A stretch of DNA of 61,413 nt, the filler included. It is 7 parts of 7 records of this genome, joined end to end, with 100 filler letters (N's around TTAATTAATTAA, not from the genome) between each part and the next. Parts side by side here need not be neighbours in the genome. Positions count along the whole stretch, not along the records: positions 1 to 27,719 come from SRR15195285_727; 6 more parts are not named here. One strand, 5' to 3'. Under the pieces are notes generated by a model. That model did no database searches and was not told the origin of the DNA. It saw nothing but the letters and a program-made list of their open reading frames with translations. Positions 12,701-24,700 of this stretch are shown piece by piece (position 1 is the stretch's first letter; each line of letters opens with the position of its first letter). A program made the position numbers and the translations under genes.

Positions 12701-15700
12701 TTTCATGTACCGCCATGGACGCCCTAGTGTGTGCGGCAAGGGTGCTAGACAGTACTGCTGCGGCATGTGCTTGTGGCGATACACCGTCTGGACTCCCATG
12801 CATTTACACACCGGGTGATTCTGAGCTGGGTATCTCCGAAGCATGTACAGCGACAGACGTGTCTGTCTGTGAAGGTGTTGATCTGACACAGGCAGATTCA
12901 AGCACCTGCACGAACGCAGGCTCGTGCACGCACAGGGCTGCGGTTACAAGCTCGTGCATATATGCTCCGCCGCCTGCATCCTCTCCGGGCGCACTGGGAA
13001 GTTGCGTCGCCGCTGATGTTGATGCATGTGCCACTGTGGAGCTGGATGGAAGTGAGCCTACCTGTACAGATGCAGGATTGTGCACTTACACAGCCCCAGT
13101 TCAAATAGTAGACGAGGACTGTGTTGCGATTGATGCGGCTGATTGTGACGTCACATTAGACGGCGACCCGACTACATGCACAGATGTGGTGACAACAACG
13201 GGCGATGCATGCGTGCACACGCCAGCAGCAATCGGAGTGCTGGAGTCTTGTAATGCCGCCCATGCCGCTGTTTGCGGCGATGTGGAGGTGGACGGTAGGG
13301 CAACTACATGCACGAGCGTCGGCGACTGCACTCATGTCCCAGCTGTTGCTGGTGTGGCTGAAGCATGTGTTGCAACTGACATCGCCGTTTGCACAGCGGC
13401 ATCATTGTCCCCAGAAGAAACTTGCGATGCAGCAGGTTGCTCCTTCACCGCCCCGGTGGCACAGGTGGATGAAGCGTGCGAACCCGTGAGTCCAGCGGCA
13501 GGATGTATGATCCAAGACCCGGCTTGTCCTACGTCATCCACACTTGTTGAGGACACTGGGCGCAGCACTTCGATGTTGGAAGTGTCGATGGTTGTGCAGC
13601 CCGGACCAATCGACCCACTGTCAAGTACTGTGCAGGTCGTTGATGCTTCGACCGCGAGGGCCGGACAGGTTCTTACCTTACAGATTAACCCGGTAGATTC
13701 TTATTCCAATGGGGGCACGCCCAATACCATTGTTGCGGCGGGCTTGGGGTTCGTTCTAGAACTGCAAGGGGATTCACGAGAGGCGTTACAATTTGAGTCG
13801 TATTTTGATGCACGCAGACAAATTTACTTCTTCGAAATTCCGCTCCTCAAGTCAGGGTCGTTTGACATCAGAGTCGACACGAAGTGGACAGGAGGTACAT
13901 ACACGATCCCGCTGACGCTTGGCAGTGCAGCCGAGGAAATGCTAGACGATTGCGGTGCGGGGGCTAACCAGATCGTGTTGCATTCAATAGCTCTGGATTT
14001 CCCCAATTACGAAATCCCACTGGCAGCCGGACCGCTACGACCTGCAGCGAAGATTTCAAATATCGTCGTCGCAGACCTGTGCGCGCAAGTGATGTTGGAT
14101 GGGTCGCCAGGGACGTGCACAGGTGTGGCGTACCCTGGTGGGTGCAGCCATATTCCAGCTACTTTGATTCCACCTGCCGATGAAGCCTGCGCGCCGACGA
14201 GCCACCCGCTGACGTATTTTACGTCGACGCTGACGATGGGATCACACGCGACTGCTGGCGTGGATTGGACCATCAGCCAGGTGCCTTCCTATCTTGACGG
14301 GCTGCCATACATTCAAACCATCCATTCAGACGTCAGCTCGCCAGTAGATACGCCTGACTGGCTGTGTTTCGAGATTGACGAGGACGCTACAGTTTACATA
14401 TTGCACGACAGCCGCGCTTCGGATGCTCCACCGGCTTGGCTAGCACAGGGCTACCAGAAGATTAGTGATGGTGGTTTCATTTCCACCGTGGATGGTAGTG
14501 GTGTAACGGACACGTGGGACGTGTATGCGGCGGAACGATCTTCTGGCAGGGTGTGCCTGGGAGGCAGCAATGCCGCAAACGCCCAGAAGATGTACATTCC
14601 TGTTGTCGGGCCGCATGAAATCCATCTGTGCACCCAGACGGGAGTCGTACGCCAGATGATAGGCATTCGCACCACGGATATTACTGTCCAGCCTGGTGCC
14701 TTTGTGCACGATGTTTACTTCACTTTCCTGTTGGAAGACGCGTACCATCAATATATTGCTGATGCCGACCTTACAATCACGATCGAGGCCGCTGACGACA
14801 CAGTTGCGCTGGTCGGCAGCTCCGGCGAACTGTCTAGCAAGCAAATCGGCACGAACAGTGTGGCTTGGAAATTGCGTTCGTGGGCTCTTGACCCGTGCGC
14901 TCGAGTAGGCATGCAAACGGACGAGTGTGGTGATTGCGTGCCAGCATACGATGTACCACTTTGTTCTGAGGAGAACTCATTTTGGAAGACTGTGAGAACC
15001 CCAGACCTATCTGACCTCTTGCGAGAGGTCGTTGACCGGCCGGGATGGGAAGCTGGAAATGCTGTGACATTCCTCATCGAGGCGTCCGGTGCCTCAGATG
15101 CAGTGAATCCAGCCAAGTTGATTGTCGGCGAGACACCGGCCTTCATCTACTCATGGGGAGAGATCGTTGATACCAAGCAGATTGTTGTTCAGGACGCAGT
15201 GTGCTGGCCCAACAGCCAACTCGATGCGACTGGGTCCAGCTGCATATGCATCGATGGTTATCATCCCGGTGAGGACTTAAAGAGCTGCCAGCCGTGCCCG
15301 CAAGGGCACTATGGTGCCGCGGAAACATGCATCCGTTGCCCCGATGGTAAGCAGCCGTCTGGCGACCGGACTGCTTGTGAGATTTGTACATCTGACCAAG
15401 CCGGTACAGGTGGCGTCTGCGCACAGTGCGAGTCAGGCCGGTCTTCAACCATAGATCGTACTACTTGCGCTGTGTGTCCTGAGGGTTTTGCAGGTAAAGA
15501 TGGTATGTGCGACCCATGCGAGAGTGGGACAGAGCCTGCTCACAACCAAGAAGAATGTCAGGCTTGTCCGACCACCCACATTGGCGACGGCATCATTTGC
15601 ACGATATGCGGACCGGGTACTGAGCCGAATGCGGAACAATCAGTATGTGTGCCCTGTTCGGCTGCACATGTTGGTATCAGTGGCGTCTGTGTACGGTGTG

Positions 15701-18700
15701 ATGATGGCGAGGCACCAAACTCCTACGGCACTCAGTGCGAGCCGTGCCCACCTGGAACGGCAGGCCTCGACGGAGCATGTACAGTGTGTGCAGCTGAAAC
15801 AACGCCGACTGCATCGAGAACAGACTGCATAGGATGTCAAACAGGCACAGTGTCATCGGGTGGGATTTGCATCGCTTGCAGCAACGGCTTTGCAGGCATT
15901 GACGGTACTTGCGAACAATGCGAAAACGGCAAGGAGCCAGATGAGTTTCGGGCCACGTGCATTCCGTGTGCACCCGGATATGCTGGCCGAGAAGGGTCTT
16001 GCTTCCAATGTGGTACTGGGCAAATGCCAAGCGATGACTTGTCTCTGTGCATGTCGTGCCCGGTAGGAACATATGGGGCAAATGGCGAAACTTGCCAAGC
16101 CTGCGAGCCGGGCCAGCAGCCCAACTTGGGAAGATCCGGATGCGATGATTGTGGCTTTGGATTGTACTCCGAAGACGGCACAAAATGCTTGACCTGCGAT
16201 GCCGGGTTTGAACCGACCAAAGCGCATGACGCGTGTACTCAATGCATTGGTGAATATTCAGTAGACGGGCGCAAATGCTTGCCATGCAGACCTGACGAAC
16301 GTCCAGACAGCTTGTACGGTGCCACATCATGCGTACAATGCAAGGAAACCGGTGACGCTGCTATAGGTTTCGATGGCGTCGAGTGCACAGATTGCTTGCC
16401 TGGGTACGAGCCTGGACACTGGACTGGTGCCACCAATACTTTGTGCGTGTCATGTGCAGAACGTGGCCGGGACTGGTTTAGCCGCGAAGGCCAGCAGTGT
16501 GCTCAGTGCCCGGCTGGCTCTGAGCCAAACACAGAACGCACAGGATGTGTTTTCTGCATGACGACGGGCACCAATACCTTCACACCGGCTGCCGACGAGT
16601 GTGCACCCGTGGGCATGGAACTCGGAGCGTGTGGTTGCGTACCAGTTGTGGATGCTCCGTTGTGCTCCGAATCTGGCCCTACGTGTACAGAGTGTGAAGC
16701 AGGCAAAGAGCCACTGGCAGACAGAACGGGGTGCATGTCGTGTGCAGAAATCAGCAATGCTCACATCTCCGTAGACGGCAGCAATTGCACCCCCTGCCCA
16801 CCCGGAACTCAGGCAAATGCCGACTTGAGTGAATGTGATAGATGCCCACTGAACACTGTCTCCCTCCAGGGATCCCCGTGCGAGGTTTGCCACGATGACC
16901 CGTTGATCAGGCGCTATCTAATACCTGATGCAGAACAGCTGAGCTGTCTTCCATGCCCAGAAAACACCTACTTTATTGCAGATACCCACGAGTGTCATGT
17001 GTGCAGACCGGGATTCACACTCAATCCTGATCGCAGCCTCGATGATCCATGCATTGTTTGTGGCACGGGCGAAGTTGGTGTCGATGGCACGTGCACTCGC
17101 TGCAGACCAGGCTTGTACGCAAATGCCGCGCATACACAGTGCTTGGAGTGTGGCGATTGGGAAGAATTGGAACTGTATCATCCATTCGGTCTAGTGGGCG
17201 ATGCAGATGGCTACATTGGTGTCGACGGTGTGTGTGAAAGGTGCGGTCCCGGAACAGCTCCGGGAGCACAAACTCCAGTTGATGATGTACTAGAGGTGGT
17301 GCGGGATGACGTGCATACTGAATGTGCCTTATGTCCCCTCGGTCGATTCAGTGATGATGGGACCGAGTGCAAGCTTTGCGAGCCAGCGCACGAGCCGAAC
17401 CAGATGTCTTGCATGCCTGAGTCTCATTGGCAGATTGGTATGCCTCCAGTCGATGTAGCAGTAGATCCACGCACAGAAAGCGGCGTTGGTGCACCTGGTC
17501 ACAATGGCGCTGTGATGACCCTTGGCACCGGCGCGACAGGTTGCGTTCGCTGCTTGGCCGGCTGGTACTCTCCTGGCTCCGGACAGTTTTGTTCATCTTG
17601 CCCGATGGGCCAACAACCCAACGCCGAGCAGACTGCTTGCGAGAATTGCAGCCCAGGAAAAGTCAGCGGCGACGGTCGTATCATCGATGGACAGGTCAGT
17701 GGCGATGGATTTGGACGTCTTTGCCTGCCTTGTCCACCCGGGACCCAACCAAACGAAGCTCACGATCGATGCATACAGTGCGAAGACCAGATTTCAGTAG
17801 ACGGTATGGCCTGCATCAGCTGCCGCATGGGACAGTTTCCAGAGTTCCGGTTGCTTGCTAGTCGGTGTCTGCAGTGCGCTGACCAGAATGACCGCTCATA
17901 CGGTGCGAACGGAATTTTCTGCGAGATCTGCGAGCCAGGGTCTCAGCCTGACCATTTTCATGAAGCGCGCTGTGCGTCCATACCGGGCACGGTTGCATGC
18001 CCCGGAACCGATGGATACTGTATGCCAGCAGGGTCGCAATGCACCGATGGCCGAGGCACGTCTGCTCAGGACGAGGCAGCATGTGCGTTGGTTCCTGGCT
18101 TGAAGGCATGCCAACTTATCCCACGCCTCGGATCTGCCCCGTGGTTTCATCACGACAACGGGCACACAAGCGTAGGCGACTGCATTCCAATTGACGTACC
18201 TTGTCCGGCTGATACACATAACGATAACTCAGGTTGCTTGGCCTGCGAGTTGATTGCAGACAACGTTTACTCAACCGAGGGTGCCCCATGTCGGGCATGT
18301 GTGCCCGGGAAGCAGCCCAACGGCATGCGGACAGAGTGTCTATCTTGTGCACTTCTTGGCGATAACCTCATCAGCCCTAGTGGATCACCATGCATTTCGT
18401 GCACGGCCGGCTTTAAACCTAACCTTGAGCGTACTGAGTGCCTAGCGTGTACCGCCGGGCAATACTCAAGCCATGGAGTGTCATGCGGTCCTTGCAGCCC
18501 AGGTGAGCAACCCTCGGACGATGCAACTGGGTGTGTTGCATGCAGCACCTTGACGGATGTTCGGAGCTACGCGAACCTGGGTGCCGCAGGAGCATCTGTG
18601 CAGCCCGTGATCGCTAGTATGGGTACGCTGATATCTGAAGCTACTGCATCTGTTGGTGAAGCTTTGTCAGAGCTTGTGGCGATCAACGACGCTGCGCATC

Positions 18701-21700
18701 CTGTCTTGCCAGAGAGGTGTGAAGACACGGTTGGCAGCTGTGATGGTTACGAACCCGGGACGGACGGCACGCCTTCGACTACGTGCCCATCAGGTTGTAC
18801 CTTAGCTGGGCTACCGGGAGTGAATGAGACGTGCAATAACACGGTGGCCGACTGTGTCACTGGGTACGTGCCCGGTAACCTAATAGCACGATCAGACTCG
18901 TGCCCGGAAGTCTGCACTCTCACACCGGCAGTTCCAGAGTCCCCCGGCGTACCTGGCCTTAGAAGGCTAGTTCGCCAGATCGAGTTCGATATGTTGGTAC
19001 TGGGGAACTCGTTCTCCACTTCAAGCGATTTCATTCCAGGTGACACGATGTACAGCCTGGACGGCCGCCAGTGCTTGAGTTGCTTTCATGGCATGTCGCC
19101 AGATCCGCTCCACACGACCTGTGTCAGATGCAGCGAGGGCCGGGCAGGGACGTTCGGTGTGTGCAAGGACTGCGAGCCTGGCAAAGTGCCGAACAGACTC
19201 CAAACCAATTGTGTGCCATGTGAGACTGGCAAGTACAATCCTGACTATGGTAAAGAGCTATGCATGTCTTGTTTCAGCGAGGGTCTACACATTCCGAGCT
19301 TTCCAGGCACCTCGTGCATTTCCTGTCGCAATGGAACAATACCTGTTGAGCCGCTGCGGCACACAACAGAAACATCAGAAGGCTGCAAGATCTGCGACCC
19401 AGGATGGGCTGGTGTTCTTGGTGTATGTACCCCGTGCCCGGGTGGTCACCGAAACTCGCTGGATCACACCCAATGTGACCGGTGTCCACCTGGAACCGTT
19501 TCTGCTGAAGGCATTGAGTGCAGTTCGTGTCGACCAGGAACACGCCCAAATCCAAAACAAACTGCTTGCGACCTTTGCCCGGAAGGGCGCTACAGCCCTG
19601 ATGGACTCCAGTGCATCGACTGTTGGCCACTGTCTGTGTCACGCGAGGACAGAACTTGGTGCCTCTGTGCTCCTGGCTCCGAAGACGTCTGGGAAATCCC
19701 TCTGAACGGAACGGAGCCTGTCGCCAGCTGTCGAGACGTGAACGAGTGTCTCGTCAACAATGGTGGCTGTGATGAGTCCACCCAGTGCTACAACTTGAGC
19801 CCAGGTCGTCTCTGTGGAGAATGCCCGATAGGCTATTTTGGAGAATTTTATTCACTAGGATATTCTATCTTGGAAGGCAATACCACGTGTGTTGAACCTC
19901 CTGTTGATGAGGACGAGGACATTCTCTCGCCTGAGCTGAAGCTGATGATGGACGCCAGCGTGGAAGTTTTGACCGTACAGGTGGCACTGGGAAACGAAAT
20001 CTGCTACGAACAATTCGGTGTGCGTGCCACATCGTCCGTCGTTGCCGTCGACCGTAGTGAAGACGATGTCATGGTCGATTTTGCAGACGGCGCAAAAATC
20101 GAAGTCAAGCTTGCAGACACGGGCCAAGGGATCTCACTTCGCTTCGCTGATGGAGAAACGGCGTCGACAGAATCACAGCAGCTGTTGTCTCCTGAGCGAC
20201 TGGAACTTGAGACTGGACTGATTGCGGACCTTGCGATGTCGCTTGGCGTGAACCAGTCCAAGATTCAGATAACCAGCATCATCAATCCCCGTGCAAGGAG
20301 ACTTGTGCAAGAGCTGGCCACAATTCCGAACAGGCGGTTGCAGTCGACAATTGGTGTCGAGGTGACTTTCATTGTCATTTCTGACCTTCCTTCGGTATTC
20401 GATGATCTCAACAATCAGCTGGCAGATCCGAACTCAACGCTGCTGACCAGTTCTACGGCTGGCACAATCTATCGGGATCAGTTTTTCAACCTCAGTGATG
20501 GTTTGGAGGTCTTCGAATTCTCGTGCACTGATCGATTAGTTCACGATGAAAAGACGGATACATGCCTTCCGTGCCCAGCTGGCACTGAGTTCCACCTCAA
20601 TGCTGGAGAGAGGACATGTGTGACATGTCCAGTGGGGAGGTGGAGCCCAGTTGGAGGGTGGTGCATAGACTGCCCGACTCATGAGTATACTCCATCATAT
20701 GGTCCTGCAGCTCACATTTGGTGTTACCGCTGTGATCCGGGCTACACTGTCAACGCCACGTCTAGTGGGTGTGACGCTTGCGATTCACACCACGGCTACT
20801 ACAATGCCGATGGGCGTGACTGCACACGGTGCAAGTCAGGAACGCGCCCAGAACGGAAAGAGGCTGCTCGGTACTGCGTGAGTTGCCAGATGGATGGTCC
20901 AAGGCACTACAGTAGCCGAGGCCTGTACCGAGATCGTACAGTCGTATGTACTGCCACGGCTTCTGATGAGTGCCTCGTGGCAGATATCGGGGGCGACGAT
21001 CTTGCGTGGGCACGCTCTGCAGCGACGCGCGACGATCTCCACACCGCGGTAGCTTGCGTAGCTAGCGAGGAGCAGGTTTGCAACTCAACTGATCTAAAGT
21101 ACAGTTGGCGCAAGCACACCGATCGCCGACTGGAAGGATGTACGGTAGATGGCTGCGTGAACCACGGCAGCCGCGCAGCAGCTGAGCAAGCGTGCATTGC
21201 CTTGGAGGATTCTTGCGGCGGTATTCTCGAGAACCCTTCGGGCTCATGGCAGACCCGCACGGGCGTGGAGCCACATGTTAGCGAGGTAGGTCAAAACTGT
21301 TGGCTCAAGGAGACGGGTGTCCTTGACGCGCAAGAAGCTTGTGAATCCGCTGGTGGTGGTGCAGTCTGTGGCTACACTGCGTATGAAGACGAGGTGCTGG
21401 AGAGGTGTGAAGCCACTGTCGAGTTTCCTCGAACCGGTCTTCGAGGTGACATCCGAGTCTGTGGGGGCGGTCCGGGTACATGCCGAGGCTGTTCTGCGTA
21501 CAGCCCAAGTGGCTGCCCAGCGGACAATTCCATACCGTGCAGCAGCTCGTGCGCTTCTGCTGGCATCGGGCTACCAGGTTCAGCGTTGAGCTGTGTGTAC
21601 ACTCCAGCAAATTCAAGTGATCCAGACAGTACGGATAGCTGTATTGCGAAGGCTGCGTCTGCGTGTGCTGCAATCGACCTTGGTGATCTACGTGTCAATG

Positions 21701-24700
21701 ACCCGAACGACAAGCTTCGCTGTGAGCTAGCTGGGGAGGAGCCGGGCGTGTGCACATATACGCCATTCCTGCCTACGATATTCGAAGCATGCGAGTCTGT
21801 GGAAATGGCAAACTGCTCGCTTGCCGAGCTGAGCACAACGAATCAGACGGCAGATCTAGAGTCTTGCGATGCTGCAGGAAATTGTACGCTTTGGACGGCA
21901 TCTCGTCACGCTTGTGAGACTGCCGCTGGTGGCAACGGGGCGTGTACATTCACAGACGAGCCACGAAGCTGCGTCGCAACGGATCAGGATGCATGTGCTG
22001 ATGCCAACATACGACGCAACGTGGAGGCGTACACTTTCGATACGCCCAACCGCACCCACGACTCGCAGTACGAGACCTGTCTTCTCGCTGGAGTCTGCAG
22101 CTACACATCGCAGATTTCGGCTGTGACCCAGCCGCTAGAGTGCGACGAAATGTGCGGTGCTGGGTCACAGGTCAATACGACGTCGTCCTTCACTAGCTGT
22201 GAACGCTGCTCGGATGTAGGCCCACGGCACGTCTCGCCTGATGGCACGCCGTGTGTGACCTGCCCAGCCGGACGGCAGGCGAATGACGAGCGCACGCATT
22301 GCTTTGACTGCCCTGCAGGAAAGTACAGCGATCAAGCTGAGAATGGGTGGCATTGCCGAGCATGCCCACCGGGCTGGGAGCCGAACACACGCATCGCTGC
22401 CTGGGCATGCATGCCTTGCCGTACGAACCATTACAGCGCTGGCGACCGATGCCATCATTGCGTAGAGAACACTGTGACCCAGACCTCCGACGGCATGATC
22501 ATTGCTTCTCCCGCTGCTGCAGAGCAATGTCGCTGCCCAGATGGAACTTACGATTCCGCTGTCCTGGCCGGCGAGAGGTCTCACATTTATTGTTGGGATG
22601 ACAGTTACTATACAGCACTGCCGTGGCTGGAACCGTCTAACCGTCCGTCAGAAAAGGACGTTGCGGATGGCAAGAAGTGCATCGCCTGTCCGCGCTGCGT
22701 AGAGTGCGATGGTGGAGTGCCGCGAGTGCGCGCTGGATACCACGTGGGTGGTACAGACGCAGGCAATCTTAGTACTGGTTTGATGCTGTTGTCGGAGAGA
22801 CTGCTACGTGCGGACAGGCACGTTTATCGCTGCCCCAGACCGGAGTTGTGTTTGGGCGAAGTCGCTTCGGGCTGCGACATAATCGATTGTACGCCGATGT
22901 GGTATGAGGCAGAGACAGGCCATGCGGTGACAAGCACAGGGGATGAGTTCACCCGCACTAACCATCTGCACGAACAGGCGGAGCACATCGAAACCCCACC
23001 ACTTCTCGCCGCAGAGTTGGGCAGCACCCGCTGTGCGTCTGGGTTTGACGGGAGATTTTGCCTTGGCACGTGCGTAGACGGAGAAGCAGGCTCTCGTTTC
23101 TGCGACATATCGAAATGTAGTCGCACCGACTGGTCGCTGGTGTACGTATGCGGGGCTGCGGCCATGTTCTTGCTTGGTCTTGCAGTGTCTTGCTGCCGTG
23201 GACAACGGATACATCACGACGCTCGGACACGCCAGTGCTGCTCAAGAGCCCCGAAGAATAGCGATGACCCTGAGCAGACAAGGCCATGTCGCGTACATGG
23301 GCCGTGCTCAGTTGCTACCTACAGGGGTATTGCCGCAATGCTCCTCAAGCCGCTTGAATTGCTCTGGCCGAGGTTGCGCGTAGCACTGACTTTGCTCATG
23401 GGTCTGTACCAAATCCTTTCGTCACTTTCATCTGTGCTTGCTTTGCCGGTGCCATCTCGTGCATGGGCATTGGTCGAGTTCTTCGCGCCAATCGCAAACC
23501 TGGACATGACGCTAATTCCATCGATAGGCTGTGGAATGGGTTTCTACACAGTTATGTGGATCCGGCTGCTGACTGTCGCCGGGATGATTCTGCCAGTATG
23601 GGTGATCTGCTTCATGCGCACACAGTTCAACTGCATCGAAACGCTCAGAGCCAAGAACGGAGGCACGCTCAGAAAGAAGCACAACTCGGTGCATCCGCAG
23701 GAAGAGGCGCCCGTCCACCAGTTGTACCCCGAGGGCGAGGTATACCAGGACAGAAGCGTGCTGGCGATGTTAGCGAATCGCAGGATGCGGAACCACAAAC
23801 TTCGCGAAGGCGCTGCAAATTGGACGTTTGGCGTGATTTTCCTGGCGCTCCCATCACTTGTACGGACAATGCTGCAACTGTACGACTGCCGGCGCATGGA
23901 CGATGGCTCAAGTCATCTCGTTGTAGATGTAAATGTTGTTTGCAGCGAGCCAAGGCCGTTCGACTATGACGATTTAACGGCCACGGGCTCACTTGATCCT
24001 CTGTACGGGTTCCACCTGTCTGTAGCAAGCGCAGTGCTCGCTGCCTGTGCAGCGCTGCCGGCGCTGGCCGGGCTCAGGCTGTGGTACCTCCGTAACAAGA
24101 TTGCTGACGGTTTGAAGATTCCTGCTCTATCCCCTTTGTACCTGCACTGCAAGCCATCTTGCTTTCTGTGGGAGATAGCCAGCATCTTCGGACGTGCGTT
24201 GCTCTGTGGAGGCTTGATTGCCTGGGAGCGTGGGAGCGTGATGCAGCTAGGAGCTGGAGTCTTGCTGAGCAGTACGCTGTCTGCGGCGGTGTTGTGGAGT
24301 CGTCCGCTTGACTCAGGGCCTCGCTCCGAGGAACGGCAGCTGGCAGCGACGAAAGAGCTGGTGGCAGAAGCCAAAGTTGCGGTGAAGACTGCAAGTGCGA
24401 AAGTGAAGAAGCTTCGGATGATGCGGGAACAGAGTAAACGCAAGGCCAATGAGATGCTAACGAAGCTTAACAGGAAGCAGCGAAAGGAGGCAGCCAGGCT
24501 CGTGCGGGAGAGAAACATTGTGGTGGCAGGTGCACCGCAGAGGAAACGGGACCTGAAACCTACAGAAGGCGGCGTGCTGGAAGTGGTGCTTGCTCGATTT
24601 GATGGGCTGCCGACGCTAGACCACAAGGCGGAGAAAATGAGTCGCAATGTGACGCTGGCGGATTACTGGGCGCAGCAAGTCTCCCGCGAAGACCAAAGAA

